Positions 11,963 through 24,610 of a stretch of 64,000 bases of DNA are shown here, in pieces; position 1 is the first letter of the stretch; each line of letters starts with the position of its first letter. The notes under the pieces are model-generated. The model was not told the DNA's origin and ran no database searches. It worked only from the letters and a program-made list of their open reading frames with translations. The DNA comes from Perna viridis (taxonomy: Eukaryota): assembly GCA_037379345.1 (NCBI GenBank), contig CM074525.1:24979840-25043839 (forward strand), given 5' to 3'. The position numbers and the translations under genes are program-made.

Positions 11963-12659
11963 GCATCACTTCTGGCTTTTTAATGGTCCCTTTCTCTATA
12001 CTTTCTCTTTATTTTAACTGCCCATAAATCTACGCACTATTTTTCTGGGAGGTAGAACCTCATTTTATGCAAAATCGATAAGAATTGGCAAATTTATAAT
12101 AGCTTGGAACCCGTTGTTACAACATCTCTACTCTATATATAAAACAAGCGGTCCGTTTCTCTGAAACAGTTTTAATCCTCTTTTCATTAGTTTTTACTTC
12201 ATAATTTTATTCCAACCGACTGATACATACATCATGTATACATGTAGATCTGGTACGACATGTCGACAGATGAAAACTCACAATGAATAAAAACATTACG
12301 AGAATAATTATATCATAATAGAAACTAATGTCCTGTCCATTCTGACAAGCGTTATATGTTCATTGTACGCTGGTAAATATAGTGTCTAAACGACTAGCCC
12401 CTCCTCCATTACGTGTATAGGGAATGTAGTATACAAAATTATGTACACTTCAGTTTATTAAATCTATTTACAGATGGTTTTTTTTTCATTTTTGACCAGA
12501 TTATGCGAGCATAACTTGGTCCAAAATTAAAAAACCAAACAATTCTTATAATTAAATTTCTAATCGATTATGAATTAAGTCAAAAATAAGATTAGTCCCC
12601 CCTTTATCAAAGCCTCAGTCCCTTTATCAAAGCCTCATTTAGTTTGGACAAGATTTCAA

Positions 12660-13620
12660 GACAATATTTTATTGATAGCCTCAGACACAGTAGGTGTACA
12701 AGAGGAGAAAAAAAAACCCAAAGAAACAAATACAAACATGTACATACATATAAATAAGACAAATACACAGAGCAGTCAATATCATAAAATATGTGAATGC
12801 AAACAGATTCACATTTACATTTTAACACATTCACTTTCATATGATATTAGCAATTTGTCGTAAAAAAGTACACACTCTTTTGTATAATTGAACATTGCAG
12901 ATAGTCAATAACCCACCAAATTTACTCATATTCGGTTGCTTTGAGTAGTAATCTGGGATGTAACGAGATCTTAAATTCTTAACCGTTGGATTATTACACT
13001 GGAAGAATATGTAAAATTCATCTCCCACCCCTTCTATACAAAGATTACATATTCTTTGACTCCGTAGGACTCCAGACCACCTCCCAGTTTCTATTGGTAT
13101 TTCTAAGTTGGAACATCTTAATTTTGTCCAATGAATACGTTCTGTTGGGGGACAATCTGAGAAGATATGGTTCAATTCTGAATTCATGTTTAAAAGTGAA
13201 CATGTTTAGAATTCACCACAAGATGTGTTGTCCATTTGTGAAAACCAAGATTGATAGAATTGATTACATAATGTCTGTTTAACTATGACCTTAAGCCAGT
13301 TAATATTTACTTTAACGTGTTCGTTCCACCAGTATCATCCAAGATAGATTTAATATAGCTAACCCACCTACATTTGGTTGGATTATTGTCATGCAATTTT
13401 ATCATAAGCCGAAGCATTATATTTGACAGTTCTTGTTCTTTTTGCATAGTTCTTGCCCAAAAGCTAACCATTCTTACATTAAGAAATACTTCATGTGGAA
13501 TTCTACCCAACTCTCCATAAACCATAAAATTTGGAGTGCTGCTTCTCAGCTTAAGGATGTTTTTTAAAAAATTTAAGATGCACCTTTTCAATGTTTTGCT
13601 TATTTTCAAAACCCCAGACC
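12660..13620 (-). mobile_element. Non-LTR retrotransposon (RTEX-like) 3' fragment, disrupted
   Basis: FLKNILKLRSSTPNFMVYGELGRIP...KLRCSNLEIPIETGRW....RICNLC...DEF....C is a typical LINE C-terminal region with zinc-knuckle remnant; AATAAA tail at ~12670. Confidence 0.8.
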
Positions 13621-13899
13621 TCAGAGTATTTGAATTGCGGACTGCCGTCCGATGGACGTTAATGACTTCGCAGTACCAACTTTGTTTATTAAAAATAACC
13701 GTTCTTGCCGAAATGAGTAATAAACAATCAAATTTAATTTGTACAGAGTCTTTAATCTGATGCTGCAGTTCTAGGAGCCATGGTCCTCTGGTCAGCTTAA
13801 TCAGAAAAGCTCTGAACTCATCCATGGTCCTCTGGTCAACTTCAGCTGGAAAGCCTTGGATTTAGCTATGTTTTTTTTGGTCGTAATGTTAAATCTAGT

Positions 13900-14115
13900 T
13901 TTAAACTCGAAAAATATTTACTACATAACTTTGACAAAAAATATTATCAAAATTTATACTAAACTTAGAATAAGCAACAGCAAATCTGATTCAGGTAGAT
14001 TCAGTAAAACCAAATTTGGAGATAGAATCTGTCATCTATGTAAATTCGATATTGAGGCTCAATTTCATTTTGTCATATGTCCAAAGTTGTCAAATTGTAG
14101 AGAATCATTTTTCAG
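13900..14115 (+). mobile_element. Second RTEX-like LINE C-terminal fragment, opposite orientation
   Basis: TKLRISN....GRF.......RICHLCKFDIEAQFHFVICP....R..FF. Confidence 0.65.
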
Positions 14116-14281
14116 TGAATACTGGCGAGATCAGTTGTCCCTTCTTTCAGTAAATACTGGTGAGATCAGTTGTCCCTTCTTTCAGTGAATACTGGTGAGA
14201 TTTCCCTTCTTTCAGTGAATACTGGTGAGATCAGTTGTCCCTTCTTTTAGTAAATACTGGTGAGATCAATTGTCCCTTCTT
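14110..14281. repeat. Minisatellite ~35 bp x5
   Basis: TTTCAGTGAATACTGGTGAGATCAGTTGTCCCTTC. Confidence 0.9.
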
Positions 14282-14599
14282 TATATTGTAATATTGATAA
14301 CCAATGTAAATTTAATTACATGATCACCTGTAATGAGTGTGACATTACTGAAGTTACTGGTATCAGTGTTATGTACCACAACAGATGTGAACATTTTGAA
14401 ACACCGAGGTCAATAATGTAATGTTCTTTTATTACTAGTAATGATTATACAAAACCGAATATATAATATATATGTATCTACTCAATTTTATCATGGATAT
14501 ATACCACACTTTTTCAGTCGTTCAGATATATATAAATACATGATATTTTCCTTGGAGGTGCAGACTGCTAGAAGATACTTTGTGCAATACAAAATGTTC

Positions 14600-14750
14600 T
14601 TATATTTTCCCTTTTGTTGGGAGGAATACAAACAATTGTCTTTATTCTCGTGCTATGTGTGTACTTTATGTCTGTTTGGTATATCATGTATGTTTTTGGT
14701 AACAATCCAACTGTATATATTTTATTCCAATAAAAATTCTGGTTCTGGTC
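14600..14750 (+). mobile_element. LINE-type 3' tail ending AATAAAAATTCTGGTTCTGG; inverted homolog at 16857-16995
   Basis: The two segments are reverse-complement homologs (GGTAACAATCCAACTGTA...TTTTATTCCAATAAAAATTCTG). Confidence 0.6.
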
Positions 14751-17411
14751 AGCTGCTTTAAACAAGCTCTGGACTTATTCAAAGTGTCCTGGTAAGCTAA
14801 GCACTACAGTTCACTTGATACAGACATGCTCGGTACACAAATTACAAGTGCTTTTATTACAGGTCTTTGTATAGTATGCGGAAGTTGTTGAAAGGTTTTT
14901 TGTTTCCATTTAAAAAACATTCTACATGTAACGGGAACAGGTATATTGCATTCATTTATGTAACAATTAGTTTATGGTTTCATATTACAATTTGAAATTC
15001 GTAAGTACAAATAACTAGTAAAGAATAGCAATATCATCCCTGAGTATTTACGCATCTCTTGGATGTTTGTTAAAACATTCACTCTATGTTATGGACGTAG
15101 ACATTAACTGTCCTGGAAGACGCGGACCTGGACGAAGACATCTATACTGATTAAACAATGACTGGTACAAGAATATGGAAATAGATCTGATTATTCGTTT
15201 CATTCTTTGTGTATTCAAATGTTATAAAATTCATACGATTTAAATCTGTTTGCTGCCTTCCTCAGTTGTAATAAAACCGCGATGCGTCGTTCCATAATGT
15301 GACAGTGTGTAGGTGTCACCATCTTACCAAATAGATTAAAAAGTAATTTATATCTATTATAACGAAACCGTTGGAGGTTTATCTTGAGACGTCAAAGGTA
15401 TATAAACATTGAAACTTTTCTTATTTAGTCCAGGATCCCATTAAATCAATCATTTCTTCGAAGTACTGGTTTATACCACTCCACCGCTTGAATAGCTACT
15501 AGGGATGCTGTCAATCTGTTCATCCCCAGTTCTTATCCCCAACTCTCCTCAAACCGCTGAATGGAATGTGTGGAAACTTTCGCACATTCTTTATACAGGT
15601 AACATGAAGCCATTCCTCCAATCTTGTTTTTTTACATCTGAACTTACAAGGTTTCTAGAAAAGGATCGAGTGGGGTTATTACCAAGTGAGCTTTGCTCTC
15701 AGTTGTTTTCTAGTCTATTAATCTGGTTCTTTTTACAATTTTTCCGACCCAAGTTTTCAGATAAGACGGGCAGTTGAACATGTACGTATGTGTGATATAC
15801 AAGACTACTTGTTAACGCAACTTTAGATCCTTCAATCTGAATACTATCTATACTATTTTAACCAAATTGTAATAACTCTGTTGGATTAAGGAAATAAACT
15901 TTTTGTATTGTATTGGTTCAGTATGATGAACCTTTCTTGTTCCCGTTTGTGTCTTTTAAGTAGCAGTCTTTATAAAAATTAGACAGGAGGTGATTCGTGC
16001 ATTTCAAAAACCCACCAAAGTCAGTTTTATTTCTTGTTCAGGAACAGTCATTGCACATGGTCACTTAACTCAGTTTTTCATTTGGTGGTTGCGCTTTTAA
16101 GATAAAAAACATATACATTGTACATGAAATTGGCACTTTGCATGAGTTTCTGAATAGAATTCTTGTAAAATCAAGATTTCATGCAATTGTTTTTAGTTTT
16201 AGGGGGATGTACGCCAGATCCACCCCATACAAATCCGCGTCTCTACAACTTTGTTTTTATAAACTATACACAAACATCTAGAACGCGATAATATATTGAC
16301 TTCTGCCAAATTGACCATTGTAACAGTTGGTGGTCATTTTATAACCAGCTGTTGACATATCATTCCTCGTGTGTGCTTTCAGTCCATTACACAAACGTGA
16401 AGATTCTTCAAAGATAAAACATGTCCCTTTCTACGCTAACAAATTATGTAGAATGTTACAAATAGCGATAGGTATGATCTTAAACAAATATCTCAATTAT
16501 ATCAAAGTAAATATCAGCGTTGATAGTTTAGAATATACACGTATTTATACATAGGGGATGTTGAGTCATAATTGAATAATTGAATTATTTGGAGAGAATT
16601 GGGAAATGTCGTCAACCACGTGTCGTCAGCCACAGTGTCGTCATAGTAACATTCCATCAATACTGTGGAAGGTGAAGTGGTTAAAGTCGTCCGTGACGAC
16701 ATTCAGTCCTACGTTTGTCGTTTTTATAGCACAGCTCGTAATGCCGGAGCTTGGAGAAGTGACATAAGATTTTTAATAATTGCCGTACTTAAATTCTTAC
16801 GAATAAGCTAATATAACACAGTTATCTCGCAAAAAAAGTACATTTAAGGTTTTACATCAGAATCAGAATTTTTATTGGAATAAAATCCGTACAGTTGGAT
16901 TGTTACCAAAAAAAAAAACATACATGAAATATCAAACAGACATATGAAGTACATACATATCATGAGATGTATGTCTCCCAACAAAAGAGAATAATATAAC
17001 ATCATGAACTCATTGACAGTTTCGGCTTTACCAATGCGAATCCCCCATCATAAGAAAAATACTCTTCATAATGTCGTATAGAGTCCCTTTTTACTCAGCT
17101 CTACCGGTGCACCTGCTCCACTTTCCCAGTTTTTAGTGGAGTGTGGGTTGCTCATAATATGGGTTTAATTATTATATGTTGTTTTCTGTCTCCTTGGTTT
17201 TGTCTTCGTTTCCGAAGGAAATCAGTGAGCTGTACAATCGATCGTCATATTATGTGTATCTTGTGATTAATAAACGAAACTACATGCATAAAATATTCAT
17301 GACCTAAAATAAACGTACGAAAAATAAAAATTAAAGAAAGCAGCTAATTATAGAACCTCGACATCTGTCAGTTACCACACTAGACAAAATAATAATGCCA
17401 TTAAGGAGGCA

Positions 17412-17513
17412 AATTTTTTTATTGTACTTGGCCGCCTCACTGTGAAATAAACATCACCTAAAAATTTTTTTATTGTACTTGGCCGCCTCACTGTGAAATA
17501 AACGTCACCTAAA
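17412..17513. repeat. Tandem duplication ~51 bp x2
   Basis: AATTTTTTTATTGTACTTGGCCGCCTCACTGTGAAATAAACRTCACCTAAA. Confidence 0.9.
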
Positions 17514-17679
17514 AAAAACCCTCAGCGAAGACATGATTATCCGGTCTTTACCGCTCGTGCTGTGGCGGAAGTGGCCGGGTTGAGGGTAAAACATGGTACT
17601 GAACATTCTAGTACAGATACCTCCATCCCGGTATAGTACATGTTTTGTTTAGGATTCAGTGCATGGTCACCCGTAAGTT

Positions 17680-17925
17680 TCTCATTGGAGAACTCTATCA
17701 GTGGGAAACTTCTTCAGTTTATTTGTGGAAATTTCTACTGTTTTATCAGTGGAAAACTGTTCTACATTTTCATTTCATCTGTGGCAAACTTCTACAGTCT
17801 ATTAGCGGGAAACGCAGTTCTTCTTTTTTTTTGTCTGGGGCAAACTTCTACTTTTCTATCTCTGGCAAACTTCTTCTGTAGTCCTGTCAGTTGCAAACTT
17901 CTACTTTTCTATTTGTGGAAAACCT
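17680..17925. repeat. Degenerate ~25-bp minisatellite
   Basis: TGTGGAAAACTTCTACTTTTCTATC-like units. Confidence 0.7.
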
Positions 17926-18529
17926 AACATACTTTCTCCCGTTTGTATTTTCCTTCAATGGAAAACAGACGTTGTTCCTTTTCAAGTGTAATCTTACCTT
18001 ACAGTGATCCTACCTTGCTCTAAACTGTCAATCCGTCATTAAACCTATCGTATGAAAGCCATAAAATTTCTGGACCGTATACTTGGGGTAGCAATACAAG
18101 ATTCTTTACTTTTTAATTTAATTATACTCCGGCCTCCAAAGGGCGAAATCCATTAACAAATCTCCCAGAAGCTAAAGACAACAGCGATACAGCTCCAATT
18201 GTTACACTGTAATCTTCAGTTCAATTACTTCATTATTTTGAAAGTAAATGTTACAATGTTACGTGTCAATTTATTATACTAGTATTTTATATACCTCGTA
18301 GTTAATGTTTCTACAGGTCAGTTTAGACCATAGACTGTAGTTTTAAGAATATCAAGACGGTGACCGAGCTTTGAAATTGCAGTGTAAAAATATATGAATA
18401 ACAAACGCGGACAGACCATTAGGATATATTACTTCAGTTCCAAATCATAAACACATATTATGGCTAAACCGTATGTTTATATATTATCTTTCATAGGCGG
18501 GCTAAAGGGAGAGAAGGGAGAAGAGATTC

Positions 18530-19545
18530 CTCATACTTCGTAAAAAAATAATTCCCAATCATCTTCCAAATATACAGAAGAAGATGTTTACAAAATGCTG
18601 GAAGTTTTAATCGACAACATATTTGTCCAGCGCGGTGGACGCGTTTTTCAACAAACGGTCGGCATTTCAATGGGAACAAATTGTACTCCTCTACTTGCTG
18701 ACCTAGATTTGTACTCCTTTACTCTTATGAGGTCGACTTTATAGCTGATCTGATCCGAAAGAAAGAATATCGTTTAGCTAGACCCTTTAATCTCAGTTTC
18801 CGCTATATAAATGACGTATTATCTTTAAACAATCCTTATTTTGGGGATTTGATAATCGCATCAATCCCAAAAGAACTTGAGATAAAGCATACTACAGAAC
18901 TTTGAAGTCAGCCTCATATCTTGACCTACACTTAGAAACCGATGGTAAAGGAAAACTATTGACCAAACTGCATACGACAAACGTGATGACATTTCATTCG
19001 GAATTTTCATTATCTGTGGCAATATCCCTTCAGCACCTGCGTATGGAGTGTTCATATCACAACTCGTACGTTATACCAGCGCCTGCCGAAACTACGCAGA
19101 CTTTTTGTAGAATTCTAACAAATAAGCTTCTGGAACAGGGTTTTGTTGCTACAAGATTGAAGTCATCACTACAGAAGTGTTATGGTCGTCATCATGAACT
19201 CGTGGATCGTTACGGTGTATCCATCTGCGCCACGAAAACTGTTTTGTTCAACGTGTCGTAGATTTCCTTTCCTCTTTCGTCTACCACTTGATTTTTTTTA
19301 TGAGCAACTCGGCGGGTGTTTCTAGAAAAACAGAGGACACTTATCCTACCGGTGCACGTGGTCAATGCTCCCAGTTTTTAGTGGAGTCCGAGTTTCTCAT
19401 TTGCTTTTGTTACTTTGTATGTATGATTTTAGTTACTTTATGTTCTTTTTTGGTGTATGCCTGTTTTCCATGTCTGGTCTTTGTCCCTGGATTACATTCT
19501 TTTGATTACTGCTATAACCTAGCTTCCCTTTATTACTCTTTCAAG
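18530..19545 (+). mobile_element. Penelope-like retroelement fragment (longest copy; RT motifs B', C and thumb)
   Basis: LIDNIFVQ.GGRVFQQTVGISMGTNCTPLLADL...FRYINDVLSLNN...PKELEIK...SASYLDLHLE, frameshifted, with the same 3' UTR. Confidence 0.85.
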
Positions 19546-19636
19546 ATGAAAAGCTTGGAATTATAAATTATAGAACATTCGTAATCTCCGACATCAATTA
19601 TAAATTTTCCATTTGAAAATGATATTCCAGGATTTT

Positions 19637-20013
19637 TCAATTATTCATATATAGAAACATGTTAAACTGTCTGTAATCACAACTGAAATTGTCTGTGGCG
19701 TCTAATGTGACATCTGTGTATTTTGTAGCTCTCACGTCTGAACAGACGGTTGTTTGGTGTACAATAGTCCGTATAACTACACAGACGTTATCATACGGCT
19801 GAAGGTCAAAATATTTACATTTCGTTGATCCATTGGTTTGCTGTTGAAGTATGTAAGGATTAGGAAATTTTCGTTTGTTATCGCTCCACGTCACAGGAGA
19901 TGTATCAATATTTACGACATGCGTAATGTTGTCCTGATTTCACTGAGCCCAGTAACTAATGGTATCTGTGTTAAATTTCACTGAAGAGGCTGTATAGTGA
20001 ATTAGAGTACCGC
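19637..20013 (-). pseudogene. Possible decayed exon or ORF next to the Helentron insertion
   Basis: ~125-codon frame (GGTLIHYTASSVKFNTDTISYWAQ*NQD...FLYMNN) with a single internal TGA at 19940-19942. Confidence 0.3.
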
Positions 20014-20014
20014 C

Positions 20015-20947
20015 TTTTTAGCTCACCTTGCCAAAGGCCATGTGAGCTATTGCCATCATTTGTCATCCGTTGTCGTCGTCGTCCGTCGCCATTGACATTT
20101 TTTCAAAACTCTTCTCTGAAACCACTTTCCCCATTGTAACCAAACTTGGTATGAATGTTCCTTGCGGTATTCTGCATAGAACTGATGTAGGGATTTTTTG
20201 ACCGTCGAAAAACATGGCCGCCGTACTATAAATAGAACATAGGGGTCAGACAGTAGTTTTTCGCATATACCTCCAAAACCGTTAGGTTTAGCTGAATTCT
20301 GACAGGTTAGAAGTATTTAGCATGATAAGGAATATCTGCGGTCAAATTTTCATTTTCATCCATTCAGCCATGTTGGAGTTATTGCCCTTTTTAACGGATT
20401 TTGCTATTTTTAATGTTATTTCTTTCAAAAATCTTCTCCTCTGACACTACTTCACCAATTGAAACAAAACTTGGTATGAATGTTCCTTGTGGTATCCTGC
20501 ATAGAACTAATGTGGGGATTTTTGATCTGTCGAAAAACATGGCCGCCGTTACTAAAACTAGAACATAAGGGTTAGAGAGTAGTTCTTCGCATATGTCTCC
20601 AAAACCATTAGGTTTAGCCAAATTCTTTCACGTAGCTGAAATGATCCTTATTTTTAGGACTACAAAAGTCGTCAGGCATAAAAGTTGTCAGATGACTCCT
20701 TATAAGAGTTATTGCCCTTGAAAGGGGGAAAAAACTGACGTTTTTGTTTTCACAGTTTTCAGCCAATATTTTGAAAACTATGATAGATAGAAACTTTCAA
20801 TGGCTGAAATAATCCTTATGATAAGTCCTACCAAAGTCCCAAAGTCTTCTTGAGTCAAAATTGTTGGACAACTACTTGTTAAATTTATTGTCCTTGAAAT
20901 ACAGAATTCAACCAGGTGAGCGATTCAGGCTCCTGGGGCCTCTTGTT
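20015..20947 (+). mobile_element. Non-autonomous Helentron (HINE)
   Basis: Starts TTTTAGCTCACCT with a 5' hairpin and a GTC/GTCC microsatellite; two internal ~320-bp tandem units; subterminal IR AGGTGAGC at 20914; 3' hairpin AGGCTCC-T-GGGGCCT then CTTGTT; inserted in a T-run. This matches the known architecture of oyster and Drosophila HINE/DINE-1. Confidence 0.85.
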
Positions 20948-21937
20948 TTACATAACATCGTAAAAACAAATATTTACAGAAAAAAGACTACAAACTGTCA
21001 GCGATCGAGAATTGTACATACTGTTGGAGAGTAGTTATTCATGGGATATGCATTTTAAGTGATTTTTGAAATTCTGTCAAACTACGAAATTGAAAGCTTA
21101 AAGACTCTACTGAGAAAAACCACAAACGCTACCTTATTGTCAGTGTGTTACTTCTATGACTTCCTTTCCGTCTGTTACATGACTGTATATTATCATAGTA
21201 CTGTTATATTGTACACTGCTTTGTAGAATATGGAAGACTTGATTGAATTAAAGTATACTTCTCAATTCAAATTTGAGATTAAAAGGTATAGAACCGGACT
21301 CCATTAAGGTTCGACATCCTGCGCATTCGTAGTGTTGAGGAGGCTTGCGGTCATCGTGTCTGATCAATCTAGTTTGTATTTGAATCAAATGTGTTTGAAA
21401 AAATGCAAAGAATAATCATTATCATTTCCGTCCCGTTTTTACTCTGCGTCCTCAACTAACCCTATTCTCTCGTTGACCCCTTTCCTTACAGACATGCTTG
21501 TTACACCTTACTTATGTTCAGAAGTCTGGACTCTCTAAATAACATATTCCTCACTTTGTTTTACTGTCCACACCCTAATGATCAACAGGAATGACGCTAT
21601 AGTATTTCGAACACGGTAGGTGGATTTCAACAATGATTTCAATGAAACTTGATTGAAATGAACCTAAAAAGACCATCATCAAATATGTGTAAAACATCCC
21701 TGTCAAAAATCATTTTAGCAAAAAGAAGAAAACAGATCATGAGTTAAACAACTTAAATTATAGTAGATTTATAATTACAGGTTAATTTCTAAAATGAATT
21801 GTGTGATCTCTGTGACCTTTGAGTGTGACCTCCGAGTGTGATCTCTGAGTGTGACCTCTCTAATAATGTTAGGTAGGAATGGACCTTTATGTTTATTAGT
21901 TTGTGCTCTATGTTAGTAATATAAGGTGATCGACATT

Positions 21938-22268
21938 CAGGAGCGGATCCATGATTTCAGGTTAGGGGTGGCTGGAGTAGTGGATCCATGATTTCAGGTT
22001 AGGGGTGGCTGGAGTGGATCCATGATTTCAGGTTAGGGGTGGCTGGAGTAGTTACATGATTTCAGGTTAGGGGTGGCTGGAGTAGTTACATGATTTCAGG
22101 TTAGGGATGGCTGAAGTAGTTACATGATTTCAGGTTAGGGGTGGCTGGAGTAGTTACATGATTTCAGGTTAGGGGTGGCTGGAGTAGTGGATCCATGATT
22201 TCAGGTTAGGGGTGGCTGGAGTAGCGGATCCATGATTTCAGGTTAGGGGTGGCTGGAGTAGTTACATG
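21938..22268. repeat. Minisatellite 34-37 bp x9
   Basis: CATGATTTCAGGTTAGGGGTGGCTGGAGTAG(TGGATC|TTA). Confidence 0.95.
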
Positions 22269-22867
22269 TTAAGACCTAGCCAAGCCAGAAAAGAACAGTT
22301 TTAAGAGGCAATTTCAAAAATGGAGACTTCATACAAACAAGATTATTCTTTCCTAGTTACTACGTACGCCCAGAAAGACTTTTCTTTAAACATCGCCTGA
22401 TATCTGCACTCATAAATTGACAGAGGATCCCAACTTTTAAACCCGGTTTGGCCTCTTACAACTACACCCAGTTGAAGGATTCGACTTTTATTTACTATGT
22501 ATAGTACATGCATTAATACACATGTACATTTAAATATATTACTAAATTGCGTTTCCCTACTTTGGCGGAGATACATTGTTATGCCTTTTCTATCCGTTCG
22601 TAAGTGTCCCAGTCGTCTGTCTGTCCATTATGCTTTTGTAAGTGCAACTCATTGGACACTACTGCACCAAATTAATTTCATTAAACTTCATAGGTAGTTG
22701 GGACATAGAATTTAATTGTGAATATTACCAGGAATTTATGATGCATTTAATTTTGTGTACCCTCTGGAAAGGAGGTGACATACATTTTTGAAGGCAAAAA
22801 CACAAAAAACTTTTAACTGAAAATTATTTTAGTACACTTTACTTTTAGTTTATCTTTATTTTTTCAG

Positions 22868-23068
22868 CTTGTTCAGCGTTGGCATCAGCAGACGATGGAA
22901 CAGTTATTTTATCTAATTACAGCTCGACCGATGGAACGCGCGTGAAAGTCGGATGTCGGCTGTTCGGGAGACGTCTTACTTCTGGTAATTACGATATCCT
23001 ATGCGCGACCAACAAATGGGTAGAAGTCACGAGCAATAATAATGCTGATACAACTTTTAAATGTGAAT
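22868..23068 (+). CDS. Gene 2 exon: Sushi/CCP-like domain
   Basis: TTTTCAG acceptor and GTACGT donor; 201 nt, phase 1-1; CSAL...DG.V......GTRVKVGC......G...ILC....W..........C has the 4-Cys plus Trp pattern of CCP modules. Confidence 0.8.
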
Positions 23069-23792
23069 GTACGTACACGTATTATAAGTTCAAAATGTTT
23101 TTTTAATGTTAAAAGTATTTTAATGTGTCAATTATGTTCTCACTGTTTTCAGTAACTAACAACATAATGATTTAATGCACATACATTCAAATTACGAAAA
23201 CAATATATCAAGCGATTACAAACTTTACATGCTGAATAAGTGGTGCATTCATGTGAAAGTCTACTTTTTTCTGAAAGTTGTTCATCTATGATAAACATCA
23301 AGGCGTACTATATCGAGGAGTATTTCTTGTTACAAGTACACTCCTCTTCGTATCTGGTACAGTAATAAATAAACTAGGCTATTTAATAAAAACAATATTG
23401 AGTTAGAATGCAAAACATACTACCAGCGTTCCTTCTATAGAATGGGTTTTGAATCATTCATCAAATGCTTCCAACTTTCAAGCATATTTTTATTTTCTGG
23501 CTTGCTTAACTTATCTTTATCATTCATTGCACTCGCCATTTAAAAGGTTAAACACCACCTAAGGGAAATAACTCTGTAAAATCAGCAAAACGTTTTATTT
23601 TGTGACATTCTGATATCAACCTCAGAGCATCTTAGTGATCAAAAGTTTTGTTGACGAAGCTACTTTATTTTCATTGAAATATATGACTAAAATTTCTGAA
23701 AATTTATATATTTTGCTTCTTTTATCATAGTGAAACAATGAAGAAAATTTTAAGAAAATCAAACGAGCCAAGTAAATGTTAGAGAAGATATT

Positions 23793-23895
23793 TTGGTACC
23801 CCCATAAGACATCATATCTGGTACCCCCTTAAGACATCATATCTGGTACCCCCTTAAGACATCATATCTGGTACACCCTTAAGACATCTTATCTA
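23793..23895. repeat. Minisatellite ~25 bp x4 (gene 2 intron)
   Basis: TGGTACCCCCTTAAGACATCATATC. Confidence 0.9.
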
Positions 23896-24489
23896 AAGTC
23901 ATCCATAAATTTAGTAGAGTAGAATAAACTATATACAGAAAAAAATGTAGTGATTATAAGTTTTATAATGATTTTTTACCCATTCTAATTTGTCAAGTTA
24001 TAATATGTTAAAAAATTATCCAGAAGTTCGATTTGATAATTCATTCTCAACAGTCGGTTTTCAGCCTGTCCGGTCTTGAAATGATCTATACATATGTTTC
24101 ATTGAAATTTTGAATGTAGCATTTCAAACCTTTTCTATAACTACTAGAAATTATAGAAAAGGTTTGAATTGTCAGATTTAAAATTTTGACATAACACATA
24201 CAGATAATAAGTATGAAACTCAAACTTGTCTTTAGGTAATTTAAATCGTGACATTACTGCTGTAAATTTCAAGTATCATCAGAGTTATTGGAAAAGACAA
24301 GGCACAGACTCACAGTGAAAGAAATTAGCTGTAGATCTACGGATCGAGTCTATGTAAAATCATGCAGGTCTATGATGAAACTGGCTCAATTTCCTTTGAT
24401 ATCTACAGTGTCTACATAAAATTATGATGGGTCTGTGTTGACCAAAAATTAAGTTGCTAACACTGAACTTATGTATGATTTGTTTTCAG

Positions 24490-24610
24490 GGAACGGAACA
24501 CTTAATATGTACGAGAAGTTAATTATAGGTCTGGGAGCCGCTGGGGGTGGTCTACTTATCTTCGGATTCCTGTTAATATGTTGTCTGGCGCTCATGTGCA
24601 AAAATAAAAG
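24490..24610 (+). CDS. Gene 2 exon: transmembrane helix plus stop-transfer
   Basis: TTTTCAG acceptor and AG|GTAAC donor; phase 1 to 2; WNGTLNMYEKLIIGLGAAGGGLLIFGFLLICCLALMCKNK(R). Confidence 0.85.
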
